A stretch of 64,000 nucleotides of DNA from Adineta vaga (Eukaryota > Animalia > Rotifera). Of the stretch, positions 62,510 through 64,000 are shown piece by piece. The position numbers and the translations under genes were made by a program. Where the stretch lies: the NCBI GenBank assembly GCA_021613535.1, contig CP075494.1, positions 434,001 through 498,000 on the forward strand, written 5' to 3'. Below the pieces are notes generated by a model. It made no database searches, was not told where the DNA came from, and worked only from the letters and a program-made list of their open reading frames with translations. Within the stretch, counting starts at the first letter, position 1; every line of letters starts with the position of its first letter.

Positions 62510-62642
62510 CAAGGGTGAGCGAAATAAAAATATCCGAAACCCTCACCCTCACCCAAATTTCCTTAATATTTATCTCGGCGCTATGGGTGAAAGTTTAGAA
62601 AACTGAAGGATACTGCCATTCACAGCCTCACCCACACCCAAC
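62510..62642. repeat. Two further degenerate telomere-repeat palindromes
   Basis: aagggtgag...ccctcaccctcaccc; atgggtg...cctcacccacacccaa. Confidence 0.65.
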
Positions 62643-64000
62643 AAACTTTTCCTCTATAAAAAAAAACTTTCTCAATATCTGTTCTGCAAAACAAAATATA
62701 GGAACGTGATATAAAGAGAAATCGTGACAAAAAATGATATTTAACAAATTCTAGTAAATATTTCAAATTAATATATATTTTATTATTGATCTTAATCATT
62801 CATTGACAAAGAAAATTCATACTTTGTTTTGACATAAAACATGTTCTATGATTCATCAAAGTTCTTACGAATTATGATTTTCATAAACGAAAAATATGAA
62901 TTATTTTTACGAACTTAATTAAATTCTATTCAGTTAAACTAATTAAGTTTCTAGACTATTTAAATTCAAAAGGAAAAGCTCTTCGAAAAATATGTTTTCT
63001 TTTTTTCCTATATGATGCCTAGAATAAATAGAGAGAAGAAAGAAAAAGAAAACTATAAATTAAGAGGAAATCAACGATCAATGTCACTTTTTTTTACCAA
63101 ACAAGAATATTATAATCAATTATTAGTATATTCTAACATTAATACAAAACATTTGGATTATAAAACAATATCGTCTCAAACATGTGCAACTTCTACATAT
63201 TCGTCAGTATTTTTCTGATTCTTATTAATCCAACATCAGGTAAATAGTCTTATTTAGATAGATTTTGTATTTGGTATTTGTCCCACGAACGAGTCCTATT
63301 AATTATTAACCATCTATTCTATAATCCTTTATTATACAATATATTCACGCCATGATACATCTCAATACGAATATTGATTTCTAAAAATGTGTGATATTTG
63401 CGTCTATGTTTAACATTCATAAAAATGAACAGCATTCTATAAAATGAAGGTCAATACTTATACTAGAGAAAACGTCTTCAAATTTTATTCTAAGGTTCTA
63501 TAGAGAATGCAATTCATTTTCAGTAAAATTTTTCTCCTATTAGTCTAAATATTCTATCTATTTTTATATGTTAAAATTGAGATTCAGTTGAAAACTTTCT
63601 TCAATTCAATACAAGATAAGAAAAGCTACAGAATGTTGAACTCTTTTCTAATAGTAGAGAAAAACAAGTTCTGAAAATCGAAAATTATATGTTAGCCATT
63701 TAAATTCAATCCTTTATTTTTCGTTTTAAAATATTTATCTTTATATCAGTTTTAATCTTAATCGGTTATGTATTTATCAATACTACTATAAGACCATATT
63801 AATCATTATCTTATTCTGAATCAGCCAATGTTTTTTTTATAACATAATAAACAAAGTAACAAAAACATTAGTATAACGGATACGACTATGTCGGAAGATA
63901 TGTTTTACAATACTAAAAAGAACTGTACAAAAATAAAAAGCATAGTTCTAGTTTTTCCGAGATTATCATCTACGTTTGTTTATTTTCTCCTAGCTATTTC

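Noticed and set aside
964-62642. CRISPR array or true chromosome end as the explanation for the GT-rich repeats
   Set aside because: Copies are kilobases apart, degenerate and palindromic. There are no cas genes and no long unidirectional telomeric tract.
1-64000. Athena/Terminon retroelement or hammerhead ribozyme repeats as the source of the telomeric repeats
   Set aside because: No reverse transcriptase ORF or recognisable hammerhead core was seen; a covariance-model search would be needed to exclude them fully.
1-64000. Bacterial contamination explaining the bacterial-like genes
   Set aside because: They are interleaved with intron-rich animal genes, share the AT-rich composition and are flanked by the same hairpin family.

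Overview
AT-rich eukaryotic DNA with short GT-AG introns. The gene content (one-repeat-per-exon F-box/LRR genes, ankyrin-ART, Kelch, NHL, divergent GPCRs, VWA5A, several bacterial-looking intronless genes) and the TGTGGG/TGAGGG repeats point to a bdelloid rotifer; this is inference. The window is a gene-dense accessory region with about 20 genes or pseudogenes, an intact mariner, piggyBac relics, MITEs and a Helentron-like end. The main unexplained structure is a family of about 25-29 dispersed 45-140 bp imperfect palindromes. Their arms are telomere-type hexamers: (CTTGA/TCGA)GGGTGTGGGTG...spacer...CACCCACACCC(TCAAG/TTCG). They occur roughly every 2-3 kb, fall into homologous spacer subfamilies, were not seen inside intact exons, often bracket single genes like cassettes, and sit at the breakpoints of three truncated genes. 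A second highlight is a protein of about 1,900 aa combining a microbial-type PARG, a PBZ zinc-finger array and a possible DarT-like ART domain. All coordinates were read by eye and may be off by a few bases.
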